Part shown: positions 1-9,687 of the stretch, piece after piece
Numbering within the stretch: position 1 is the stretch's first letter
Layout: every line of letters begins with the position of its first letter
Source: a virus
Lineage: Duplodnaviria > Heunggongvirae > Uroviricota > Caudoviricetes
DNA length: 64,000 nt
IMG/VR virus record: IMGVR_UViG_3300045988_150638
Strand: one strand, 5' to 3'
Notes under the pieces: generated by a model
The model's database searches: none
Told to the model about the DNA's origin: nothing
What the model saw: the letters and a program-made list of their open reading frames with translations, nothing else
Program-made: the position numbers and the translations under genes

Positions 1-17
1 ATCGAGGAGTTTGCATA

Positions 18-428
18 ATGAATGCGTCATATGCAGTTATTGAAAATGGGATGGTTGTGAATGTCATTGTCTGGGATGGCGAGGCTGAATTCACAGTGCC
101 GGATAATCAGCAGCTCATTAATATTTCTGATATCAGTGAGCAGCCCGGAATCGGCTGGGTGTATTCAGACGGGGGATTTACTGCACCACCCACTCCGGAA
201 CGTTCTCATGATGAACTGGTAGCTGACGCTGAACAGAAAAAACAGTCGCTGATTGATACCGCAATGGCTTCCATTAGTCTTATTCAACTGAAATTACAGG
301 CCGGGCGGAATCTTACGCAGGCTGAAACCACCCGTCTTAACGCTGTGCTGGATTATATCGATGCGGTGACCGCAACGGATACGAGCACTGCACCAGATGT
401 CAATTGGCCAGCGTTCCCGGAGGCGTAG
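18..428 (+). CDS. tail fibre assembly chaperone (Tfa/U-like)
   Basis: 136 aa; C-terminal region has the Tfa-type pattern (LNAVLDYIDAV...APDVNWPAFP); GAGGAG SD upstream of ATG at 18. Confidence 0.5.
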   Translation: MNASYAVIENGMVVNVIVWDGEAEFTVPDNQQLINISDISEQPGIGWVYSDGGFTAPPTPERSHDELVADAEQKKQSLIDTAMASISLIQLKLQAGRNLTQAETTRLNAVLDYIDAVTATDTSTAPDVNWPAFPEA

Positions 429-863
429 TCCATTTAATGAAATATCTGGATCGCTGGAAGCATCGACTGGTTCCAGTGCGTCCGGATAATCGAGCTACAA
501 GTTATCAGATGATTACCGTTCATGCCTCAAGAGTGAGCGCATGCTGCACCCACGCAAATTTAACTTTCATACGACCAGAGTTTACCTATCAAAAGCCTTT
601 TTCACTCTGGTCGTTCAGCCTTTTTTCCACTCGCCTTGTCCTCAAAAATTAGCTCACATCCTGCGCTTTCAAGAGCGTTTCGTTGTAAAGCAGTGTTTTG
701 TTCATTTGTTGATACGCGTACATAGCCTATTAGCATATTTTCTGCTCACTATCGTTATTTATAGCAAGCTGCGGATTTTAATTAACAAAAACCAGTATGT
801 GTGGAAATCACAAAGTACATACCGTTTCCCAATGATATTTAATTCACTATTAAGGAAATAGTT

Positions 864-1145
864 ATGTGTGATTTCACAATAATGCTCCTCTCCATCCTTG
901 GCGGGGTGCATTCGTTTCTGAATGGGGTTCGTGAAAAACGTTACGAAGCGTCATGCAGGCAATTGATGGCCGAGTGTATTGCTGCCGTACTTGCAGGCTT
1001 TATAGGCATGTATTTCGCGGAATATAAGGGTATGGATGAAAGTCTTCAGAATTGCGTGACTATTATTTGCAGCATCAATAACAGGCTCATTCTTGAAAAG
1101 TTACAAAGGATTATCGATTCGTACCTCAATAGAAATGCCTCTTAA
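864..1145 (+). CDS. holin-like small membrane protein, paralog of LydA
   Basis: 93 aa; shares a pattern with the next ORF (LLS.IGG..FL..VR...TI.S.N..ID..LN); AAGGAAA SD before ATG. Confidence 0.45.
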   Translation: MCDFTIMLLSILGGVHSFLNGVREKRYEASCRQLMAECIAAVLAGFIGMYFAEYKGMDESLQNCVTIICSINNRLILEKLQRIIDSYLNRNAS

Positions 1146-1212
1146 GCAACAAATGACCGGTTGAGAAGTTACTTTGCATACCATTACCTCCTGACAACGT
1201 AGGAGGGAACTT

Positions 1213-1542
1213 GTGCTTGACACACAGGAATTAGCTCCAGTTGCTATTGCGCTCCTGCTTTCAGTAATTGGTGGGATAGGCACGTTCCTGATGGATGTCC
1301 GAGACGGTCGCCAGTCTGGCAATTTGTTGGGATTGGTTACGGAGATCTTTGTTGCAGTGACAGCTGGCGCGGTGGCGTACCTATTGGGGCAACACGAGGG
1401 CTGGGAGTTATCAATTACGTACTTAATGGTAACGATAGCCAGCAATAACGGTCATGAGGTGATTTCAGGGATGAAACGAGTGAATATCGATAGCATTCTG
1501 AATGTTCTTACAAGTTTGGTGAAAAAGGGAGGCGGGAAATGA
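1213..1542 (+). CDS. lydA: holin LydA
   Basis: 109 aa hydrophobic protein with GTG start 5 nt after AGGAGGG; first gene of a dar/lysis-type operon; size matches recalled P1 LydA. Confidence 0.55.
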   Translation: MLDTQELAPVAIALLLSVIGGIGTFLMDVRDGRQSGNLLGLVTEIFVAVTAGAVAYLLGQHEGWELSITYLMVTIASNNGHEVISGMKRVNIDSILNVLTSLVKKGGGK

Positions 1543-1982
1543 TTGGCTGGGGTGTATGCGTTCTTGCGTTAGCCTTAGCCGATCGCTATTTGCTAAAACG
1601 CAAGGACATCACGCATTTAGAACTTGGTGATGTGGAAATAAAACCGGGTTTCATCCGGGTGCCGTTCAAATACCGGTCTAAATTCCCGTTTTTGCGCGGC
1701 GCAACGGTCAGATATTGGATCCGCGATGTTCAGAAGCCGACGACAGTGATTGAAGGCGAACAACGTTGTCTGACGTCGACTGAACAGGGCGAAAACAGTG
1801 AATGGTTGTACATACCCACTGAATATATGGGTAAAGGAGAGCGACTGTGGCATTTCAACGTCATGGTTACGCATGGCGACTCGTTCATTAACCCGTTGTA
1901 TCGGATTTTCCCTGTTACTCAGCAAATCCGCAGAAGTTACGTAATAAATCTCGCACAGGATGTGTCAGATGACGAAAAATAA
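1539..1982 (+). CDS. lydB: antiholin LydB
   Basis: 147 aa; start overlaps lydA stop (translational coupling); position after lydA as in P1. Confidence 0.5.
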   Translation: MIGWGVCVLALALADRYLLKRKDITHLELGDVEIKPGFIRVPFKYRSKFPFLRGATVRYWIRDVQKPTTVIEGEQRCLTSTEQGENSEWLYIPTEYMGKGERLWHFNVMVTHGDSFINPLYRIFPVTQQIRRSYVINLAQDVSDDEK

Positions 1983-2571
1983 GTATGCAACGGTCGATTT
2001 TGACCAGGTTAATGAAAAGGGGCTGAAATCCCTTATCGCGGCGATCAATAAAACCGGTGTTACGGTAATTGAGGTTGACTCCAGCAACCGCGCAACAACG
2101 AAAGATGGCGTTAAAGTTAAAACCGCAAAGCTGGTTCTTAACGACGGACAAATTCTTGGCATACAGGTAAACGATACTGGCGATATATCGTCTGTGAAAC
2201 TGAATGGAAAAGCTATTCCTAACGCACAGTTGCCGGATATCAAGACGCTTGGTACCGTCATGGGGCAAGCGGCCCGCAAAAACTCCGCAAAATTCCAAAA
2301 ATCACTGATCGCCAAAGCGAAGCGTGTTGCCAATCCGGTAGACAAGAAACCAGCAGTTAAATCCAACTTTCAGCGCCTGCAAGAGGCAAAACAGCGGAAT
2401 GCTCAGGTGGTTGCCGCTTATAAGTCCGCGCAGAATTCGGTGTCTTTCAATCAACAGCAGATCACTGATTTGCGGGCGAAGCTGGATAAGGAGACGGGCC
2501 GACTCAATAACGAAAAGGCACGGAATGGCGAACTCAAACGTCGTCTTAAGCAACTGAAAGCAGGAAATTAA
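1969..2571 (+). CDS. hdf: Hdf (DarA-associated head protein)
   Basis: ORF 1960-2571; ATG at 1969 preferred (AGGA 9 nt upstream); position immediately upstream of darA. Confidence 0.4.
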   Translation: MTKNKYATVDFDQVNEKGLKSLIAAINKTGVTVIEVDSSNRATTKDGVKVKTAKLVLNDGQILGIQVNDTGDISSVKLNGKAIPNAQLPDIKTLGTVMGQAARKNSAKFQKSLIAKAKRVANPVDKKPAVKSNFQRLQEAKQRNAQVVAAYKSAQNSVSFNQQQITDLRAKLDKETGRLNNEKARNGELKRRLKQLKAGN

Positions 2572-2572
2572 C

Positions 2573-4492
2573 ATGGAACAGTTCAATATCAATAAAGGGG
2601 TGACGATCAAGCCCGGGCTTGACGTGCTTCCCCCGCCAGTGACTGATGATGAATATCGCGCATTAATGTCCGGTGAGGACCGCTATCTGATGACGGAATC
2701 CAACACCCTGGAGGAAATCGAGGCTACGTTCTTCTATGACACGCCGATCCACTGGTGTGCTACGGATTTACTGGAGGCGATTAGTTCTACTCGTTTGCAG
2801 TTACACCGGACCATGCAGGCATTTGTCCGGGCATTGAACCAGAAGCTGAATGGCACCGGAATCTCTGCGGGGAGTGATAAAACGGGGGATGTGGCCCAGA
2901 GCGGCGCGCGCGCGATCGGCGGTGCTGAAATTGGCCGGGCACGGAACGTTAACGGGCTGCCGGTCCTGCCAGCCATTATTCCGCTCAGTGATGGTCAGAC
3001 TATCAGCATTCTGTTTCATAGCCCGACAGCGGAAAACCGGATCACCAATAGCGATACGCTGGTTGCTTTCCAGTTCTTACTGAATAAAAAAGACGTTACT
3101 CACACCGTTGCTCCGATGAGTGGACGTGATATGACGCTGGCGCAGGTCACCATGAAACTTGCCAACCTTGCAGAGAAAAACTCGGCAAAATTCCAGCGTG
3201 CGCAGAAGAAGAAAAAAGCCCTGGTTGATGAAATAACCCAACTACAGGCTGACAGTGACCAGAAAGAGGATGCCATGAGCGACCTCGCGGATCAGGAGGC
3301 AGTGGTAGAAGGGCAGAAGGCAGATCTGGAGCAGAAAATTAACGCGGTCGCCTCGGAAGCGGATTCTCTTTATGAAGAGAATGAGCGTTTGCAGGCGGAG
3401 ATTGATCAGCTCAATCGCACAGGTGGGCGCGATACCATTGCTCCAGTGGCAATAACTGGTGGGCACTCTCGCGCGCTGACGGATCGCCTTGCCAGTATCA
3501 AAAATCGTATGCATATGAACGGGGAAGTGACGCTCAGTAATGGTGCATCAATGAAGCAATTCATTGAGGACGGTGAAGGGTATATCCAGTTAACCGATTC
3601 GGATGGCAGCGTGTACATGATCAAGGCTAAATCCATACAGGGTGTGGATATGGCAGATGCGATCGGCAAGCTGTTTAAAGCCTATAAAGCGGGTAATGTA
3701 TCGGAATACCTGGTCCAACCAGAAGAACATAAACCGGAAAACGTCGAACCTGAACCAGCGGAGGATACCGGTAGCTCTTCGCCTGAACCAGAAGTCTCTA
3801 TAGGTGCATATCGATATGCCCTGCAAATGCGTCCGGCGGCCCCTGGCGCAATACCTGAAGGTAACAAAGCAATTCTGCCGCGCCCTTATGAAGGTGACCC
3901 GTATTATGAATATGCACGCTACGGCATTGCTACTTACGATACCCCGCTTTCTGATCAGCAAATGAGTGAGTACGACCTGAAGTTATTGCCTCGCGAGGAT
4001 TCTTTCGACTTCCTGGCGAAGACACTTACTAATGGTCCATTTGGCAAATATGCACAAAAAGCTCTGGAGCTGGCCACCAGCTCACCAGAAGAGTTCCGCG
4101 TAATGCTGAAAACTCAGTTTCAAAAAACTTTCCCCAATATTGCGTTTCCGGGGGGCGCTGGCACCGAGAAAATGGTGCAGAGCATGATCAATGCATTGCA
4201 GGCCGAAGTCGGTGAGATTACTCAGCCAGAACCGGCCCCGGCACAGCCTGATGAAACGGTTAGCGAAGCAGATGCAGAGGCTAATAAAGCCATTGAATAT
4301 CTCAATAACGTGATGGATATGCAAAGCACTGACATGGCGGAGATCCGTAACGCCCGGGGCAATGTCCGGGAAGCGATTGCAGCCCTTCAGGCTGCCGGAC
4401 GTTTTGAGGAAAACGAAGAGCTGGTTAACGGCGCGGCTCGCCACCTGGCTGATCTGCTGGTAGCAATCCAGAAAGCGGGGGTAGCGGCATGA
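2573..4492 (+). CDS. darA: DarA anti-restriction internal head protein precursor
   Basis: 639 aa, matching recalled size of P1 DarA; followed by ddrA/ddrB in the same operon. Confidence 0.65.
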   Translation: MEQFNINKGVTIKPGLDVLPPPVTDDEYRALMSGEDRYLMTESNTLEEIEATFFYDTPIHWCATDLLEAISSTRLQLHRTMQAFVRALNQKLNGTGISAGSDKTGDVAQSGARAIGGAEIGRARNVNGLPVLPAIIPLSDGQTISILFHSPTAENRITNSDTLVAFQFLLNKKDVTHTVAPMSGRDMTLAQVTMKLANLAEKNSAKFQRAQKKKKALVDEITQLQADSDQKEDAMSDLADQEAVVEGQKADLEQKINAVASEADSLYEENERLQAEIDQLNRTGGRDTIAPVAITGGHSRALTDRLASIKNRMHMNGEVTLSNGASMKQFIEDGEGYIQLTDSDGSVYMIKAKSIQGVDMADAIGKLFKAYKAGNVSEYLVQPEEHKPENVEPEPAEDTGSSSPEPEVSIGAYRYALQMRPAAPGAIPEGNKAILPRPYEGDPYYEYARYGIATYDTPLSDQQMSEYDLKLLPREDSFDFLAKTLTNGPFGKYAQKALELATSSPEEFRVMLKTQFQKTFPNIAFPGGAGTEKMVQSMINALQAEVGEITQPEPAPAQPDETVSEADAEANKAIEYLNNVMDMQSTDMAEIRNARGNVREAIAALQAAGRFEENEELVNGAARHLADLLVAIQKAGVAA

Positions 4493-4854
4493 CACTATCA
4501 GCTATTGAGTTAATGGATCTCAGCGATAAGTTGGATGCTCTGATGTCCAAAGCTGCTACCGCGAGTGGCATGGAGTTGCTGGATATCAGCGATGAAATTG
4601 ACCAGATCATGCAACAGATGGGGTACGGCGCGTCCGGCAGCGGTAGTGGCGAGGAAAAACAACCTTCGGTACATGATGGTGTGCCAAAACTGGTTGCTGA
4701 TTTCCTGGCTGATAAATTCGTCGATCAGAGCACTGATGCATTTATCGGTACGTTACAGGACTTGAGTCAATATGTTGGCACATACATCGACCTGGACCAG
4801 GTTAAACAGCACACGGCGGCATGGATAGCCGCCAACATTAAAGAGGCAGAATAA
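4489..4854 (+). CDS. ddrA: DdrA
   Basis: 121 aa; start overlaps darA stop; position in dar operon. Confidence 0.5.
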   Translation: MTLSAIELMDLSDKLDALMSKAATASGMELLDISDEIDQIMQQMGYGASGSGSGEEKQPSVHDGVPKLVADFLADKFVDQSTDAFIGTLQDLSQYVGTYIDLDQVKQHTAAWIAANIKEAE

Positions 4855-4866
4855 GGCGTAACAGGG

Positions 4867-7854
4867 ATGAGCTTAAGCGATCAGGTGGTAATGGCCACCA
4901 GCATAGAAACGCTGATCGAGCTGCTAAAAAACCTGCCCAATTACGGGCGGGTTTCGTATGTGGTGACAGCGAAGGGAGACGAGGTAAAAACAGCGTTTGA
5001 TATCGTCGATGCCTCAGCTCTTTTGGTATCCAATACTCTGGACGGGAAAATTAACCCTGACTATCCCCAGGAACTTCAGCCGCGCGACCGGACCCGCGCA
5101 TCCAGTCTTCTTCAGGTCAACCAGATATCCAAGGATTTGCGTCCTGCCCAGCTTACCGATTCCGGTTTATCCAGCCATGGCGCGCCGATAATTGGTGAGG
5201 ACAATGCCGTTGAGTCAGGTAATGGACGGACCATGGGGATCATCAAAGCCTATCAGGACGGCAATGCGGATCGGTATCGTGAGTACCTGATTGATCATGC
5301 GACCGAATTCGGCATACGACCTGAAAAGGTTGAATCAATGGCGGCTCCGGTACTGGTGCGCCGCCGGTTAACTAAGGTTGACCGCGTTCAGTTTGCCAAA
5401 GACTCAAATATTTCTGATCTTCAGGAAATGGCAGCCAGTGAAAAGGCTTTTGTTGATGCCGACAGCATAACACCGGCGATGATGGCGCTGTTTAATCCGT
5501 CAGAAAGCGGAGATCTGCTTAGCCGCAGTAATGACGCGTTTATTCGCGGATTCATGACGCAAGTTGGTGCCACACAGGCTGCTGGCCTTGTAACGGAAGA
5601 TGGGCGACCAACACGGCAACTTGTAGACCGTATACAAAACGCGATCTTTGCCAAGGCATATAAGGATGCGCGCCTGGTAAGGATGGTTGCAGAAGAACCT
5701 GATCCGGATATGCGTAATGTTCTGACGGCGCTTAATGCGGCAGCCAATGATTTTGTCCAGATGCAGGCTTTGTCAGGAGAAGCGCACAAGCAGGCTGTGA
5801 CAACTATTGTTGATGGCATTGAGACAGCGGATAGCCTCGATAAAAAGGCGCTGGCGGCATTGAAAGATGCGGTAGACCTGGTAAGGCAATCGAAGGAGTC
5901 AGGCCAGCATATTACCGATGTTATTGCTCAGGGGGATATGTTCAGCGAAACGGCCCCGGAAGTGAAAGCACTCGCGTTGTTTATCGTCGCGAATAACCGT
6001 AGCGCGAAGCGTATGGCCACCGCCTTTAAGTTGATGGCGCAACGTATCAATGATGAGTTACAGCACCAGGGCCAGGCGCTCGGGGATATGTTTGGCGGCG
6101 GCGATGTGTCGTTACAGGATATCCTTCGCCAGGTGTCTCAGGAACTGGAAAACGAAGGCATGCAAGGGATATCCGGCGGTCTTTTCGAGTCCGTTTCCGG
6201 CGGTAGTTACAACGGTGTTGCTCCGTATACCAGTTTGCTATTACATCGGGCATCCGGCATCAAAGACATTATTCATCTGATCAGGCTGCTTTCCCGCACA
6301 GATCCCCAGGATGAACAGCTTGTACAAGTGCTTGCGCATTTTGTTCGAATGCCTGTTGCCGACGTGAAAAAATGGTGCCGATTATTCGGTATCAGCAATT
6401 CGTTACTTCGCGGCTTGTTAAATCACGCATCCTCCCTTGGGCGCGATGGCTTTGATGAGATAGCGCAGGCGATAAAAAACGGAGATATGCCACCAGCTAT
6501 TGACTGGTTTTCCATTCGCCCAACTAGGGTGAAAGCATTCCTTAGCGCGGCGCATACGGCATCACCATTGGCAGAAATGGTTCAGAGGTTGTCGCTCATA
6601 TTCACAGATCATACCGCGTTGGGTGATCTGACTCTTGACGAGATGAAAGAAGCCTCCATTCAGTGGGCCGATCAACAAAATGAGGTTAACTCTGACTTCT
6701 TGCCAGCATTCAGGAAGGCCGTTAGTAAAGCGGATGATGCCCGTGGAATTCTGAAGGCATTTAAGGCATTGCAAAGTCGGGTTAATAAACATGTCGGTGA
6801 TATCGATGGGGTAACGGCGGAAGGCAGGGATATCCTTAAAGAGCACGGCATAACGCCAGAGTTTATTGATGAGATCAGGACTGATATGCAGCGTGAGGTC
6901 GTATCGTCCCTGCAAATCGTAGCCAGAGCGTTGGCGGATGCTAATCCGAAGAGTGCGGCCATTGTTAACCAGGTTATTGGTGATATTGAAGCATCGGAGG
7001 GCATGGGGGCGCTGAAACTCTTCCTTTCGCGAGCGTTTAATCCTAACGGCAATATTCTCCCTGGCATTATTGGTGAGGCTAAAAAGTATGTCAGCGAAGA
7101 AGAACTTGAGCATCTTGACCAACTACTTAAGCGATTCTCATATAACCCGCAGACACGCTGGCAAATGAATCAGCGAAGTATGGGTTCGGTCCACGAGAAA
7201 GTGTTATCTGCCATGAACAGTGCGATCGCCAACTCATCCGTATCTGAAGAAAAAGCTCTTGAGTGGGCCGACTCTTTTATCACGGAAGAAGTGGAAGAAG
7301 CCCGCGCTGGACAGAATGGTGGGATAAACCTGCGCAAGGAACTTGCTGATATTTATCGCCTGACTGGCGGGAAAATATCGACCTTATCAAAGGTGGTTCA
7401 CCACCAGGGAAGGGCATATGCAAATCTAAATGGTGTTGTTGCTGTCAATTTGAACGATGAAAATGCAAGAGCACTGTGGCACGAGCTGGGTCATCATCTT
7501 GAGTACAGTAACCCCGGTTTGTTAGAGAAAGCCCGGTCATTCCTGAAGGCCAATGTTGAAGGGGGTAAGCCATCTTTCGTCAATATCGGTGGGCGTGGCA
7601 AGCCTGAATGGTGCTTCAGATCTCGATTGAGTAATATTTATATGGCGAAGGTATACCCGCCAGTCTCAGTGAGTAACTCCGGGAAAATTCGGCAGAAATC
7701 ACCGACTATTTCCAAAACGTCAGCAACGGAAGTATTCTCTATGGCTCTTCAGTTGTATCATGACAAAGAGGCCGCTGCCGCATCACTGATGAATGGTGAC
7801 GGATTGCTGGAACTGTTATTAGGTGTGGCAAAGGAGCTAAATAATGCAGATTAA
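4867..7854 (+). CDS. ddrB: DdrB
   Basis: 995 aa ORF following ddrA; position and size consistent with P1 DdrB. Confidence 0.55.
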   Translation: MSLSDQVVMATSIETLIELLKNLPNYGRVSYVVTAKGDEVKTAFDIVDASALLVSNTLDGKINPDYPQELQPRDRTRASSLLQVNQISKDLRPAQLTDSGLSSHGAPIIGEDNAVESGNGRTMGIIKAYQDGNADRYREYLIDHATEFGIRPEKVESMAAPVLVRRRLTKVDRVQFAKDSNISDLQEMAASEKAFVDADSITPAMMALFNPSESGDLLSRSNDAFIRGFMTQVGATQAAGLVTEDGRPTRQLVDRIQNAIFAKAYKDARLVRMVAEEPDPDMRNVLTALNAAANDFVQMQALSGEAHKQAVTTIVDGIETADSLDKKALAALKDAVDLVRQSKESGQHITDVIAQGDMFSETAPEVKALALFIVANNRSAKRMATAFKLMAQRINDELQHQGQALGDMFGGGDVSLQDILRQVSQELENEGMQGISGGLFESVSGGSYNGVAPYTSLLLHRASGIKDIIHLIRLLSRTDPQDEQLVQVLAHFVRMPVADVKKWCRLFGISNSLLRGLLNHASSLGRDGFDEIAQAIKNGDMPPAIDWFSIRPTRVKAFLSAAHTASPLAEMVQRLSLIFTDHTALGDLTLDEMKEASIQWADQQNEVNSDFLPAFRKAVSKADDARGILKAFKALQSRVNKHVGDIDGVTAEGRDILKEHGITPEFIDEIRTDMQREVVSSLQIVARALADANPKSAAIVNQVIGDIEASEGMGALKLFLSRAFNPNGNILPGIIGEAKKYVSEEELEHLDQLLKRFSYNPQTRWQMNQRSMGSVHEKVLSAMNSAIANSSVSEEKALEWADSFITEEVEEARAGQNGGINLRKELADIYRLTGGKISTLSKVVHHQGRAYANLNGVVAVNLNDENARALWHELGHHLEYSNPGLLEKARSFLKANVEGGKPSFVNIGGRGKPEWCFRSRLSNIYMAKVYPPVSVSNSGKIRQKSPTISKTSATEVFSMALQLYHDKEAAAASLMNGDGLLELLLGVAKELNNAD

Positions 7855-8152
7855 AATCGCAGCGCCATTAGGCGGAGATGCCATTATCGAATTTGATGAT
7901 AATGAAGAAGTTTCCGGGCGTTTAAGCATTATCTCCGGTGACATTACCGAGGACATGATCGCTGAAGCCATAGCTGGGGCAAATCCCAATAGCTATATGG
8001 GATTCGTTAACACCCTTGATGCTCCCGCAAGTGATGTTCTCCGAACGCTGCATCTTTACGCTGGCTGGTTTGTTGATTGGCCAGCAGTAGATGGTGGCGA
8101 TGAGGACGACGACGATGATTTTGGTGATCATGCAGACCAGATCGTATATTGA
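7844..8152 (+). CDS. hypothetical protein with acidic C-terminus
   Basis: 102 aa; start overlaps ddrB stop; ends just before a strong bidirectional terminator. Confidence 0.4.
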   Translation: MQIKIAAPLGGDAIIEFDDNEEVSGRLSIISGDITEDMIAEAIAGANPNSYMGFVNTLDAPASDVLRTLHLYAGWFVDWPAVDGGDEDDDDDFGDHADQIVY

Positions 8153-8154
8153 AG

Positions 8155-8185
8155 AAATCCCGCCAATCGGCGGGATTTGTTGTTT
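8155..8185. terminator. bidirectional rho-independent terminator
   Basis: stem AAATCCCGCC / GGCGGGATTT with 4-nt loop followed by GTTGTTT; lies between convergent genes ending at 8152 and 8184. Confidence 0.6.
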
Positions 8186-9488
8186 ATGCCAGGCGGGCTA
8201 TGCGTATCTTACAATCATCTAGGTGGATGCGTAGCGCTTCTAAACATGGAGTAAAGTTAGCTGAGAATTTGTCGGACTCACAGGCCAATGCATAAAATTT
8301 TTCAGCCAATTCAAGAGATTCATCCCATATTTTTCGACTTACAAAGTCTGGTAGTGCTGTTTTTCTAAGCTCATTAGATATTGCTCCCCCAGAGCGTGGA
8401 GCAAAACCCATAGGTAACATGTCATAGGCTGGAGCAATATGATATGGGCGTCCGTGGCTACTAATAAACGATAGGTTACCATTATGCATATCGGTATTGC
8501 CTATTAGCAAACCAAAAGACCATAGCCTTGTTGCTATAATAATCGCATCAGGATGGACGCACTTATTTTTTACCAACTCTTTAACCAGCAAGGGCCATGT
8601 TGCTCTTGCATTCCCAACAAATTCTGCATCAAGTGCACGAAGTGAGAATACACCTACCCGACCTAGTTGACCAACACGATCAAATCGGGGAATTTCCAAG
8701 AATCTCTGACCGTTATAATCAAAAACTTCTGTTTCTACCCCCAGAACTTTTAATGCGAGATGTTCAGCAAACAAGAGATCTCTCCAACGCTCACTTATAG
8801 GGGTGTCGTTAGGCGCAGAGAATTTCACTAATACATGTCCACGCTCTGTGAAAGTACAAAATTTGGGTTGTTCACCTCCAGCAGATGAACCGGGCACATC
8901 ACCTTCACCAGCAGCTAAAGCTAATACAGGATATTCACTTTCACGATTAACAGGAACAGGAGGCTGCATCTCTAAAAAATGCGTGCGTGCTTGCTCTCCA
9001 ATTAACAAATTACCAACAACATCATGCCCATGCTTAAGTAAGGCTTTGATCACGTCAGTATCTGACCATTGCTCTGGATTTGAGGGAAGGTTAAGTTCAA
9101 GAGCATATGCTGATGCATATGCTCTTCCAAGGAAGCCTTGTGGACGCATATCAAATAACCACCAAGGTAACCCATCGCTATGCCTGTTATTTTTCCCTTC
9201 CTCAACCATAACATAGCCTTCTGGCCTCACCGGAATGAGAGTACCAAGAACGCAAATACACCCCTCTTCAGTTATACGATAAATGGGGACTGATTCGAAT
9301 CCTCTAAAAGAGTCTCGTAAAGCATATTGAATAGATCTTCCATTTCCGATCCTAACGATTTCATCACCAAGATCTCTTAATGCTCTAGATATCGTTGGTT
9401 GGCTAACACCTAGTCTTTCAACCAATTGTCTTGGTGTCATAGGACCTTGATTGAGCAAATTACGGATTGTTGTTGCATGTATAGCCAT
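8184..9488 (-). CDS. HTH-HipA-like Ser/Thr kinase (YjjJ-like)
   Basis: N-terminal HTH (PRQLVERLGVSQPTISRALRDLG) fused to a HipA-type kinase core (GEQPKF, DMHNGNLSF); ORF extends to 9548 but ATG at 9488 (MAIHATT) preferred; AT-richer than flanks. Confidence 0.55.
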   Translation of the reverse strand: MAIHATTIRNLLNQGPMTPRQLVERLGVSQPTISRALRDLGDEIVRIGNGRSIQYALRDSFRGFESVPIYRITEEGCICVLGTLIPVRPEGYVMVEEGKNNRHSDGLPWWLFDMRPQGFLGRAYASAYALELNLPSNPEQWSDTDVIKALLKHGHDVVGNLLIGEQARTHFLEMQPPVPVNRESEYPVLALAAGEGDVPGSSAGGEQPKFCTFTERGHVLVKFSAPNDTPISERWRDLLFAEHLALKVLGVETEVFDYNGQRFLEIPRFDRVGQLGRVGVFSLRALDAEFVGNARATWPLLVKELVKNKCVHPDAIIIATRLWSFGLLIGNTDMHNGNLSFISSHGRPYHIAPAYDMLPMGFAPRSGGAISNELRKTALPDFVSRKIWDESLELAEKFYALACESDKFSANFTPCLEALRIHLDDCKIRIARLA

Positions 9489-9661
9489 AGTTTTAATTAC
9501 TATTGTGAATAGATTAATGAATAGATTCATGAATGCGTACAATAGCAAGCAAAACGGGAGGTGTCACTAATTTAGGTAAGTTAAAAAGACTTCTTTAAAA
9601 GATGATGACTAGGCGCTTTAACTGCTAGCTGACATAACAATTGGCCATTTGACGTGGAGTT

Positions 9662-9687
9662 CCCCGCCAACTGACGGGGTTTTTATT
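9662..9687 (+). terminator. unidirectional rho-independent terminator (plus strand)
   Basis: CCCCG-8 nt loop-CGGGG followed by TTTTTATT on the plus strand only. Confidence 0.4.

Noticed and set aside
404-861. Two plus-strand ORFs (82 and 106 aa) in the AT-rich spacer upstream of the holin genes
   Set aside because: No SD, overlapping frames, low-complexity hydrophobic translations in an AT-rich intergenic region; more likely promoter or remnant DNA than genes.
6562-7122. 186-aa and 131-aa minus-strand ORFs inside ddrB
   Set aside because: Nested antisense to a long, well-supported operon gene; no independent signals.
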